DNA of 64,000 bases from Squalus acanthias (Eukaryota), in contig CM059438.1 of assembly GCA_030390025.1 (NCBI GenBank), positions 57,104,001-57,168,000 on the forward strand. The letters are read 5' to 3'. Below the pieces are notes generated by a model. The model did not search any database. It saw only the letters and a program-made list of their open reading frames with translations, and was not told where the DNA came from. The position numbers were made by a program, and so were the translations under genes. Shown in pieces: positions 1 through 12,604 of the stretch. The stretch's first letter is position 1; the number at the start of each line of letters is the position of its first letter.

Positions 1-710
1 GCAGTGTGTTTAATCCCACTATAAATGAGTGTGACAGCAGTGTGTTTAATCCCACTATAAAATGAGTGTGACAGCAGTGTGTTTAATCCCACTATAAATG
101 AGTGTGACAGCAGTGTGGTTTAATCCCACTATAAATGAGTGTGACAGCAGTGTGTTTAATCCCACTATAAATGAGTGTGACAGCAGTGTGTTTAATCCCA
201 CTATAAATGAGTGTGACAGCAGTTGTTTAATCCGACTATAAATGAGTGTGACAGCAGTGTGTTTAATCCCAATATAAATGAGTGTGCCAGCAGTGTGTTT
301 AATCCCACTATAACTGAGTGTGACAGCAGTGTGTTTAATCCACTATAAATGAGTGTGACAGCAGTGTGTTTAATCCAACTATAATGAGTGTGCAGCAGTG
401 TGTTTAATCCCACTATAAATGAGTGTGACAGCAGTGTGTTTAATCCCATCTATAAAATGAGTGTGACAGCTGTGTGTTTAATCCCACCTATAAATGAGAG
501 TGACAGCAGTGTGTTTAATCCCACTATAAATGAGTGTGACAGCTGTGTGTTTAATCCCACTATAAATGAGTGTGACAGCAGTGTGTTTAAATCCCATTAT
601 AAATGAGTTGTGACAGCAGTGTGTTTAATCCACTATAAATGAGTGAGACAGCAGTGTGTTTAATCCCACTATAAATGAGTGTGACAGCTGTGTGTTTAAT
701 CCCAGTATAA
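1..710. repeat. Degenerate edge of the 36-bp array (about 20 units, most carrying a substitution or 1-bp indel)
   Basis: Seen directly. Insertions: A ~60, G ~118, T 449, C ~487, T ~608. Deletions: G ~223, C ~340, C ~630. Substitutions: C>G 234, C>A 272, A>C 287, A>C 314, C>A 377, A>T 471/544/689, T>A 499, T>A 646, C>G 705. Confidence 0.95.
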
Positions 711-3700
711 ATGAGTGTGACAGCAGTGTGTTTAATCCCACTATAAATGAGTGTGACAGCAGTGTGTTTAATCCCACTATAAATGAGTGTGACAGCAGTG
801 TGTTTAATCCCACTATAAATGAGTGTGACAGCAGTGTGTTTAATCCCACTATAAATGAGTGTGACAGCAGTGTGTTTAATCCCACTATAAATGAGTGTGA
901 CAGCAGTGTGTTTAATCCCACTATAAATGAGTGTGACAGCAGTGTGTTTAATCCCACTATAAATGAGTGTGACAGCAGTGTGTTTAATCCCACTATAAAT
1001 GAGTGTGACAGCAGTGTGTTTAATCCCACTATAAATGAGTGTGACAGCAGTGTGTTTAATCCCACTATAAATGAGTGTGACAGCAGTGTGTTTAATCCCA
1101 CTATAAATGAGTGTGACAGCAGTGTGTTTAATCCCACTATAAATGAGTGTGACAGCAGTGTGTTTAATCCCACTATAAATGAGTGTGACAGCAGTGTGTT
1201 TAATCCACTATAAATGAGTGTGACAGCAGTGTGTTTAATCCCACTATAAATGAGTGTGACAGCAGTGTGTTTAATCCCACTATAAATGAGTGTGACAGCA
1301 GTGTGTTTAATCCCACTATAAATGAGTGTGACAGCAGTGTGTTTAATCCCACTATAAATGAGTGTGACAGCAGTGTGTTTAATCCCACTATAAATGAGTG
1401 TGACAGCAGTGTGTTTAATCCACTATAAATGAGTGTGACAGCAGTGTGTTTAATCCCACTATAAATGAGTGTGACAGCAGTGTGTTTAATCCCACTATAA
1501 ATGAGTGTGACAGCAGTGTGTTTAATCCCACTATAAATGAGTGTGACAGCAGTGTGTTTAATCAGTATAAATGAGTGTGACAGCTGTGTGTTTAATCCCA
1601 CTATAAATGAGTGTGACAGCAGTGTGTTTAATCCCACTATAAATGAGTGTGACAGCAGTGTGTTTAATCCCACTATAAATGAGTGTGACAGCAGTGTGTT
1701 TAATCCCACTATAAATGAGTGTGACAGCAGTGTGTTTAATCCCACTATAAATGAGTGTGACAGCAGTGTGTTTAATCCCACTATAAATGAGTGTGACAGC
1801 AGTGTGTTTAATCCCACTATAAATGAGTGTGACAGCAGTGTGTTTAATCCCACTATAAATGAGTGTGACAGCAGTGTGTTTAATCCCACTATAAATGAGT
1901 GTGACAGCAGTGTGTTTAATCCCACTATAAATGAGTGTGACAGCAGTGTGTTTAATCCCACTATAAATGAGTGTGACAGCAGTGTGTTTAATCCCACTAT
2001 AAATGAGTGTGACAGCAGTGTGTTTAATCCCACTATAAATGAGTGTGACAGCAGTGTGTTTAATCCCACTATAAATGAGTGTGACAGCAGTGTGTTTAAT
2101 CCCACTATAAATGAGTGTGACAGCAGTGTGTTTAATCCCACTATAAATGAGTGTGACAGCAGTGTGTTTAATCCCACTATAAATGAGTGTGACAGCAGTG
2201 TGTTTAATCCCTATAAATGAGTGTGACAGCAGTGTGTTTAATCCCACTATAAATGAGTGTGACAGCAGTGTGTTTAATCCCACTATAAATGAGTGTGACA
2301 GCAGTGTGTTTAATCCCACTATAAATGAGTGTGACAGCAGTGTGTTTAATCCCACTATAAATGAGTGTGACAGCAGTGTGTTTAATCCCACTATAAATGA
2401 GTGTGACAGCAGTGTGTTTAATCCCACTATAAATGAGTGTGACAGCAGTGTGTTTAATCCCACTATAAATGAGTGTGACAGCAGTGTGTTTAATCCCACT
2501 ATAAATGAGTGTGACAGCAGTGTGTTTAATCCCACTATAAATGAGTGTGACAGCAGTGTGTTTAATCCCACTATAAATGAGTGTGACAGCAGTGTGTTTA
2601 ATCCCACTATAAATGAGTGTGACAGCAGTGTGTTTAATCCCACTATAAATGAGTGTGACAGCAGTGTGTTTAATCCCACTATAAATGAGTGTGACAGCAG
2701 TGTGTTTAATCCCACTATAAATGAGTGTGACAGCAGTGTGTTTAATCCCACTATAAATGAGTGTGACAGCAGTGTGTTTAATCCCACTATAAATGAGTGT
2801 GACAGCAGTGTGTTTAATCCCACTATAAATGAGTGTGACAGCAGTGTGTTTAATCCCACTATAAATGAGTGTGACAGCAGTGTGTTTAATCCCACTATAA
2901 ATGAGTGTGACAGCAGTGTGTTTAATCCCACTATAAATGAGTGTGACAGCAGTGTGTTTAATCCCACTATAAATGAGTGTGACAGCAGTGTGTTTAATCC
3001 CACTATAAATGAGTGTGACAGCAGTGTGTTTAATCCCACTATAAATGAGTGTGACAGCAGTGTGTTTAATCCCACTATAAATGAGTGTGACAGCAGTGTG
3101 TTTAATCCCACTATAAATGAGTGTGACAGCAGTGTGTTTAATCCCACTATAAATGAGTGTGACAGCAGTGTGTTTAATCCCACTATAAATGAGTGTGACA
3201 GCAGTGTGTTTAATCCCACTATAAATGAGTGTGACAGCAGTGTGTTTAATCCCACTATAAATGAGTGTGACAGCAGTGTGTTTAATCCCACTATAAATGA
3301 GTGTGACAGCAGTGTGTTTAATCCCACTATAAATGAGTGTGACAGCAGTGTGTTTAATCCCACTATAAATGAGTGTGACAGCAGTGTGTTTAATCCACTA
3401 TAAATGAGTGTGACAGCAGTGTGTTTAATCCCACTATAAATGAGTGTGACAGCAGTGTGTTTAATCCCACTATAAATGAGTGTGACAGCAGTGTGTTTAA
3501 TCCCACTATAAATGAGTGTGACAGCAGTGTGTTTAATCCACTATAAATGAGTGTGACAGCAGTGTGTTTAATCCCACTATAAATGAGTGTGACAGCAGTG
3601 TGTTTAATCCCACTATAAATGAGTGTGACAGCAGTGTGTTTAATCCCTATAAATGAGTGTGACAGCAGTGTGTTTAATCCCACTATAAATGAGTGTGACA

Positions 3701-6700
3701 GCAGTGTGTTTAATCCCACTATAAATGAGTGTGACAGCAGTGTGTTTAATCCCACTATAAATGAGTGTGACAGCAGTGTGTTTAATCCCACTATAAATGA
3801 GTGTGACAGCAGTGTGTTTAATCCCACTATAAATGAGTGTGACAGCAGTGTGTTTAATCCCACTATAAATGAGTGTGACAGCAGTGTGTTTAATCCCACT
3901 ATAAATGAGTGTGACAGCAGTGTGTTTAATCCCACTATAAATGAGTGTGACAGCAGTGTGTTTAATCCCACTATAAATGAGTGTGACAGCAGTGTGTTTA
4001 ATCCCACTATAAATGAGTGTGACAGCAGTGTGTTTAATCCCACTATAAATGAGTGTGACAGCAGTGTGTTTAATCCACTATAAATGAGTGTGACAGCAGT
4101 GTGTTTAATCCCACTATAAATGAGTGTGACAGCAGTGTGTTTAATCCCACTATAAATGAGTGTGACAGCAGTGTGTTTAATCCCACTATAAATGAGTGTG
4201 ACAGCAGTGTGTTTAATCCCACTATAAATGAGTGTGACAGCAGTGTGTTTAATCCCACTATAAATGAGTGTGACAGCAGTGTGTTTAATCCCACTATAAA
4301 TGAGTGTGACAGCAGTGTGTTTAATCCCACTATAAATGAGTGTGACAGCAGTGTGTTTAATCCCACTATAAATGAGTGTGACAGCAGTGTGTTTAATCCC
4401 ACTATAAATGAGTGTGACAGCAGTGTGTTTAATCCCACTATAAATGAGTGTGACAGCAGTGTGTTTAATCCCACTATAAATGAGTGTGACAGCAGTGTGT
4501 TTAATCCCACTATAAATGAGTGTGACAGCAGTGTGTTTAATCCCACTATAAATGAGTGTGACAGCAGTGTGTTTAATCCCACTATAAATGAGTGTGACAG
4601 CAGTGTGTTTAATCCCACTATAAATGAGTGTGACAGCAGTGTGTTTAATCCCACTATAAATGAGTGTGACAGCAGTGTGTTTAATCCCACTATAAATGAG
4701 TGTGACAGCAGTGTGTTTAATCCCACTATAAATGAGTGTGACAGCAGTGTGTTTAATCCCACTATAAATGAGTGTGACAGCAGTGTGTTTAATCCCACTA
4801 TAAATGAGTGTGACAGCAGTGTGTTTAATCCCACTATAAATGAGTGTGACAGCAGTGTGTTTAATCCCACTATAAATGAGTGTGACAGCAGTGTGTTTAA
4901 TCCCACTATAAATGAGTGTGACAGCAGTGTGTTTAATCCCACTATAAATGAGTGTGACAGCAGTGTGTTTAATCCCACTATAAATGAGTGTGACAGCAGT
5001 GTGTTTAATCCACTATAAATGAGTGTGACAGCAGTGTGTTTAATCCCACTATAAATGAGTGTGACAGCAGTGTGTTTAATCCCACTATAAATGAGTGTGA
5101 CAGCAGTGTGTTTAATCCCACTATAAATGAGTGTGACAGCAGTGTGTTTAATCCCACTATAAATGAGTGTGACAGCAGTGTGTTTAATCCCACTATAAAT
5201 GAGTGTGACAGCAGTGTGTTTAATCCCACTATAAATGAGTGTGACAGCAGTGTGTTTAATCCCACTATAAATGAGTGTGACAGCAGTGTGTTTAATCCCA
5301 CTATAAATGAGTGTGACAGCAGTGTGTTTAATCCCACTATAAATGAGTGTGACAGCAGTGTGTTTAATCCCACTATAAATGAGTGTGACAGCAGTGTGTT
5401 TAATCCCACTATAAATGAGTGTGACAGCAGTGTGTTTAATCCCACTATAAATGAGTGTGACAGCAGTGTGTTTAATCCCACTATAAATGAGTGTGACAGC
5501 AGTGTGTTTAATCCCACTATAAATGAGTGTGACAGCAGTGTGTTTAATCCCACTATAAATGAGTGTGACAGCAGTGTGTTTAATCCCACTATAAATGAGT
5601 GTGACAGCAGTGTGTTTAATCCCACTATAAATGAGTGTGACAGCAGTGTGTTTAATCCCACTATAAATGAGTGTGACAGCAGTGTGTTTAATCCCACTAT
5701 AAATGAGTGTGACAGCAGTGTGTTTAATCCCACTATAAATGAGTGTGACAGCAGTGTGTTTAATCCCACTATAAATGAGTGTGACAGCAGTGTGTTTAAT
5801 CCCACTATAAATGAGTGTGACAGCAGTGTGTTTAATCCCACTATAAATGAGTGTGACAGCAGTGTGTTTAATCCCACTATAAATGAGTGTGACAGCAGTG
5901 TGTTTAATCCCACTATAAATGAGTGTGACAGCAGTGTGTTTAATCCCACTATAAATGAGTGTGACAGCAGTGTGTTTAATCCCACTATAAATGAGTGTGA
6001 CAGCAGTGTGTTTAATCCCACTATAAATGAGTGTGACAGCAGTGTGTTTAATCCCACTATAAATGAGTGTGACAGCAGTGTGTTTAATCCCACTATAAAT
6101 GAGTGTGACAGCAGTGTGTTTAATCCCACTATAAATGAGTGTGACAGCAGTGTGTTTAATCCACTATAAATGAGTGTGACAGCAGTGTGTTTAATCCCAC
6201 TATAAATGAGTGTGACAGCAGTGTGTTTAATCCCACTATAAATGAGTGTGACAGCAGTGTGTTTAATCCCACTATAAATGAGTGTGACAGCAGTGTGTTT
6301 AATCCCACTATAAATGAGTGTGACAGCAGTGTGTTTAATCCCACTATAAATGAGTGTGACAGCAGTGTGTTTAATCCCACTATAAATGAGTGTGACAGCA
6401 GTGTGTTTAATCCCACTATAAATGAGTGTGACAGCAGTGTGTTTAATCCCACTATAAATGAGTGTGACAGCAGTGTGTTTAATCCCACTATAAATGAGTG
6501 TGACAGCAGTGTGTTTAATCCCACTATAAATGAGTGTGACAGCAGTGTGTTTAATCCCACTATAAATGAGTGTGACAGCAGTGTGTTTAATCCCACTATA
6601 AATGAGTGTGACAGCAGTGTGTTTAATCCCACTATAAATGAGTGTGACAGCAGTGTGTTTAATCCCACTATAAATGAGTGTGACAGCAGTGTGTTTAATC

Positions 6701-9700
6701 CCACTATAAATGAGTGTGACAGCAGTGTGTTTAATCCCACTATAAATGAGTGTGACAGCAGTGTGTTTAATCCCACTATAAATGAGTGTGACAGCAGTGT
6801 GTTTAATCCCACTATAAATGAGTGTGACAGCAGTGTGTTTAATCCCACTATAAATGAGTGTGACAGCAGTGTGTTTAATCCCACTATAAATGAGTGTGAC
6901 AGCAGTGTGTTTAATCCACTATAAATGAGTGTGACAGCAGTGTGTTTAATCCCACTATAAATGAGTGTGACAGCAGTGTGTTTAATCCCACTATAAATGA
7001 GTGTGACAGCAGTGTGTTTAATCCCACTATAAATGAGTGTGACAGCAGTGTGTTTAATCCCACTATAAATGAGTGTGACAGCAGTGTGTTTAATCCCACT
7101 ATAAATGAGTGTGACAGCAGTGTGTTTAATCCCACTATAAATGAGTGTGACAGCAGTGTGTTTAATCCCACTATAAATGAGTGTGACAGCAGTGTGTTTA
7201 ATCCCACTATAAATGAGTGTGACAGCAGTGTGTTTAATCCCACTATAAATGAGTGTGACAGCAGTGTGTTTAATCCCACTATAAATGAGTGTGACAGCAG
7301 TGTGTTTAATCCCACTATAAATGAGTGTGACAGCAGTGTGTTTAATCCCACTATAAATGAGTGTGACAGCAGTGTGTTTAATCCCACTATAAATGAGTGT
7401 GACAGCAGTGTGTTTAATCCCACTATAAATGAGTGTGACAGCAGTGTGTTTAATCCCACTATAAATGAGTGTGACAGCAGTGTGTTTAATCCCACTATAA
7501 ATGAGTGTGACAGCAGTGTGTTTAATCCCACTATAAATGAGTGTGACAGCAGTGTGTTTAATCCCACTATAAATGAGTGTGACAGCAGTGTGTTTAATCC
7601 CACTATAAATGAGTGTGACAGCAGTGTGTTTAATCCCACTATAAATGAGTGTGACAGCAGTGTGTTTAATCCCACTATAAATGAGTGTGACAGCAGTGTG
7701 TTTAATCCCACTATAAATGAGTGTGACAGCAGTGTGTTTAATCCCACTATAAATGAGTGTGACAGCAGTGTGTTTAATCCCACTATAAATGAGTGTGACA
7801 GCAGTGTGTTTAATCCCACTATAAATGAGTGTGACAGCAGTGTGTTTAATCCCACTATAAATGAGTGTGACAGCAGTGTGTTTAATCCCACTATAAATGA
7901 GTGTGACAGCAGTGTGTTTAATCCCACTATAAATGAGTGTGACAGCAGTGTGTTTAATCCCACTATAAATGAGTGTGACAGCAGTGTGTTTAATCCCACT
8001 ATAAATGAGTGTGACAGCAGTGTGTTTAATCCCACTATAAATGAGTGTGACAGCAGTGTGTTTAATCCCACTATAAATGAGTGTGACAGCAGTGTGTTTA
8101 ATCCCACTATAAATGAGTGTGACAGCAGTGTGTTTAATCCCACTATAAATGAGTGTGACAGCAGTGTGTTTAATCCCACTATAAATGAGTGTGACAGCAG
8201 TGTGTTTAATCCCACTATAAATGAGTGTGACAGCAGTGTGTTTAATCCCACTATAAATGAGTGTGACAGCAGTGTGTTTAATCCCACTATAAATGAGTGT
8301 GACAGCAGTGTGTTTAATCCCACTATAAATGAGTGTGACAGCAGTGTGTTTAATCCCACTATAAATGAGTGTGACAGCAGTGTGTTTAATCCCACTATAA
8401 ATGAGTGTGACAGCAGTGTGTTTAATCCCACTATAAATGAGTGTGACAGCAGTGTGTTTAATCCCACTATAAATGAGTGTGACAGCAGTGTGTTTAATCC
8501 CACTATAAATGAGTGTGACAGCAGTGTGTTTAATCCCACTATAAATGAGTGTGACAGCAGTGTGTTTAATCCCACTATAAATGAGTGTGACAGCAGTGTG
8601 TTTAATCCCACTATAAATGAGTGTGACAGCAGTGTGTTTAATCCCACTATAAATGAGTGTGACAGCAGTGTGTTTAATCCCACTATAAATGAGTGTGACA
8701 GCAGTGTGTTTAATCCCACTATAAATGAGTGTGACAGCAGTGTGTTTAATCCCACTATAAATGAGTGTGACAGCAGTGTGTTTAATCCCACTATAAATGA
8801 GTGTGACAGCAGTGTGTTTAATCCCACTATAAATGAGTGTGACAGCAGTGTGTTTAATCCCACTATAAATGAGTGTGACAGCAGTGTGTTTAATCCCACT
8901 ATAAATGAGTGTGACAGCAGTGTGTTTAATCCCACTATAAATGAGTGTGACAGCAGTGTGTTTAATCCCACTATAAATGAGTGTGACAGCAGTGTGTTTA
9001 ATCCCACTATAAATGAGTGTGACAGCAGTGTGTTTAATCCCACTATAAATGAGTGTGACAGCAGTGTGTTTAATCCCACTATAAATGAGTGTGACAGCAG
9101 TGTGTTTAATCCCACTATAAATGAGTGTGACAGCAGTGTGTTTAATCCCACTATAAATGAGTGTGACAGCAGTGTGTTTAATCCCACTATAAATGAGTGT
9201 GACAGCAGTGTGTTTAATCCCACTATAAATGAGTGTGACAGCAGTGTGTTTAATCCCACTATAAATGAGTGTGACAGCAGTGTGTTTAATCCCACTATAA
9301 ATGAGTGTGACAGCAGTGTGTTTAATCCCACTATAAATGAGTGTGACAGCAGTGTGTTTAATCCCACTATAAATGAGTGTGACAGCAGTGTGTTTAATCC
9401 CACTATAAATGAGTGTGACAGCAGTGTGTTTAATCCCACTATAAATGAGTGTGACAGCAGTGTGTTTAATCCCACTATAAATGAGTGTGACAGCAGTGTG
9501 TTTAATCCCACTATAAATGAGTGTGACAGCAGTGTGTTTAATCCCACTATAAATGAGTGTGACAGCAGTGTGTTTAATCCCACTATAAATGAGTGTGACA
9601 GCAGTGTGTTTAATCCCACTATAAATGAGTGTGACAGCAGTGTGTTTAATCCCACTATAAATGAGTGTGACAGCAGTGTGTTTAATCCCACTATAAATGA

Positions 9701-12604
9701 GTGTGACAGCAGTGTGTTTAATCCCACTATAAATGAGTGTGACAGCAGTGTGTTTAATCCCACTATAAATGAGTGTGACAGCAGTGTGTTTAATCCCACT
9801 ATAAATGAGTGTGACAGCAGTGTGTTTAATCCCACTATAAATGAGTGTGACAGCAGTGTGTTTAATCCCACTATAAATGAGTGTGACAGCAGTGTGTTTA
9901 ATCCCACTATAAATGAGTGTGACAGCAGTGTGTTTAATCCCACTATAAATGAGTGTGACAGCAGTGTGTTTAATCCCACTATAAATGAGTGTGACAGCAG
10001 TGTGTTTAATCCCACTATAAATGAGTGTGACAGCAGTGTGTTTAATCCCACTATAAATGAGTGTGACAGCAGTGTGTTTAATCCCACTATAAATGAGTGT
10101 GACAGCAGTGTGTTTAATCCCACTATAAATGAGTGTGACAGCAGTGTGTTTAATCCCACTATAAATGAGTGTGACAGCAGTGTGTTTAATCCCACTATAA
10201 ATGAGTGTGACAGCAGTGTGTTTAATCCCACTATAAATGAGTGTGACAGCAGTGTGTTTAATCCCACTATAAATGAGTGTGACAGCAGTGTGTTTAATCC
10301 CACTATAAATGAGTGTGACAGCAGTGTGTTTAATCCCACTATAAATGAGTGTGACAGCAGTGTGTTTAATCCCACTATAAATGAGTGTGACAGCAGTGTG
10401 TTTAATCCCACTATAAATGAGTGTGACAGCAGTGTGTTTAATCCCACTATAAATGAGTGTGACAGCAGTGTGTTTAATCCCACTATAAATGAGTGTGACA
10501 GCAGTGTGTTTAATCCCACTATAAATGAGTGTGACAGCAGTGTGTTTAATCCCACTATAAATGAGTGTGACAGCAGTGTGTTTAATCCCACTATAAATGA
10601 GTGTGACAGCAGTGTGTTTAATCCCACTATAAATGAGTGTGACAGCAGTGTGTTTAATCCCACTATAAATGAGTGTGACAGCAGTGTGTTTAATCCCACT
10701 ATAAATGAGTGTGACAGCAGTGTGTTTAATCCCACTATAAATGAGTGTGACAGCAGTGTGTTTAATCCCACTATAAATGAGTGTGACAGCAGTGTGTTTA
10801 ATCCCACTATAAATGAGTGTGACAGCAGTGTGTTTAATCCCACTATAAATGAGTGTGACAGCAGTGTGTTTAATCCCACTATAAATGAGTGTGACAGCAG
10901 TGTGTTTAATCCCACTATAAATGAGTGTGACAGCAGTGTGTTTAATCCCACTATAAATGAGTGTGACAGCAGTGTGTTTAATCCCACTATAAATGAGTGT
11001 GACAGCAGTGTGTTTAATCCCACTATAAATGAGTGTGACAGCAGTGTGTTTAATCCCACTATAAATGAGTGTGACAGCAGTGTGTTTAATCCCACTATAA
11101 ATGAGTGTGACAGCAGTGTGTTTAATCCCACTATAAATGAGTGTGACAGCAGTGTGTTTAATCCCACTATAAATGAGTGTGACAGCAGTGTGTTTAATCC
11201 CACTATAAATGAGTGTGACAGCAGTGTGTTTAATCCCACTATAAATGAGTGTGACAGCAGTGTGTTTAATCCCACTATAAATGAGTGTGACAGCAGTGTG
11301 TTTAATCCCACTATAAATGAGTGTGACAGCAGTGTGTTTAATCCCACTATAAATGAGTGTGACAGCAGTGTGTTTAATCCCACTATAAATGAGTGTGACA
11401 GCAGTGTGTTTAATCCCACTATAAATGAGTGTGACAGCAGTGTGTTTAATCCCACTATAAATGAGTGTGACAGCAGTGTGTTTAATCCCACTATAAATGA
11501 GTGTGACAGCAGTGTGTTTAATCCCACTATAAATGAGTGTGACAGCAGTGTGTTTAATCCCACTATAAATGAGTGTGACAGCAGTGTGTTTAATCCCACT
11601 ATAAATGAGTGTGACAGCAGTGTGTTTAATCCCACTATAAATGAGTGTGACAGCAGTGTGTTTAATCCCACTATAAATGAGTGTGACAGCAGTGTGTTTA
11701 ATCCCACTATAAATGAGTGTGACAGCAGTGTGTTTAATCCCACTATAAATGAGTGTGACAGCAGTGTGTTTAATCCCACTATAAATGAGTGTGACAGCAG
11801 TGTGTTTAATCCCACTATAAATGAGTGTGACAGCAGTGTGTTTAATCCCACTATAAATGAGTGTGACAGCAGTGTGTTTAATCCCACTATAAATGAGTGT
11901 GACAGCAGTGTGTTTAATCCCACTATAAATGAGTGTGACAGCAGTGTGTTTAATCCCACTATAAATGAGTGTGACAGCAGTGTGTTTAATCCCACTATAA
12001 ATGAGTGTGACAGCAGTGTGTTTAATCCCACTATAAATGAGTGTGACAGCAGTGTGTTTAATCCCACTATAAATGAGTGTGACAGCAGTGTGTTTAATCC
12101 CACTATAAATGAGTGTGACAGCAGTGTGTTTAATCCCACTATAAATGAGTGTGACAGCAGTGTGTTTAATCCCACTATAAATGAGTGTGACAGCAGTGTG
12201 TTTAATCCCACTATAAATGAGTGTGACAGCAGTGTGTTTAATCCCACTATAAATGAGTGTGACAGCAGTGTGTTTAATCCCACTATAAATGAGTGTGACA
12301 GCAGTGTGTTTAATCCCACTATAAATGAGTGTGACAGCAGTGTGTTTAATCCCACTATAAATGAGTGTGACAGCAGTGTGTTTAATCCCACTATAAATGA
12401 GTGTGACAGCAGTGTGTTTAATCCCACTATAAATGAGTGTGACAGCAGTGTGTTTAATCCCACTATAAATGAGTGTGACAGCAGTGTGTTTAATCCCACT
12501 ATAAATGAGTGTGACAGCAGTGTGTTTAATCCCACTATAAATGAGTGTGACAGCAGTGTGTTTAATCCCACTATAAATGAGTGTGACAGCAGTGTGTTTA
12601 ATCC
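711..12604. repeat. Near-perfect segment of the array with sparse 35-bp and 34-bp variant units
   Basis: Seen directly. CCC>CC at ~1205, 1420, 3395, 3538, 4075, 5010, 6161, 6916 and 12603. CCCACTAT>CCCTAT at ~2210 and ~3646. Complex variant AATCAGTATAA at ~1560-1570 with A>T at 1585. These sites match the ORF breakpoints in the six-frame track. Confidence 0.95.

Noticed and set aside
9..20. Canonical telomere repeat (TTTAATCCC / GGGATTAAA loosely recalls CCCTAA / TTAGGG)
   Set aside because: There is no exact TTAGGG-type motif, G/C strand skew is weak (G8 vs C6), and 36 bp is longer than the telomerase-made units I know. A non-canonical terminal array cannot be excluded without flanks.
14..34. 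Intrinsic terminator or tRNA/ncRNA gene
   Set aside because: The stem is short and mismatched with no adjoining U-tract, and no cloverleaf or recognisable RNA family fits a 36-nt periodic sequence.
380..385. Perfect TATAAT -10 box
   Set aside because: It arises from a single A deletion in the error-rich edge, within a unit that carries other apparent errors.
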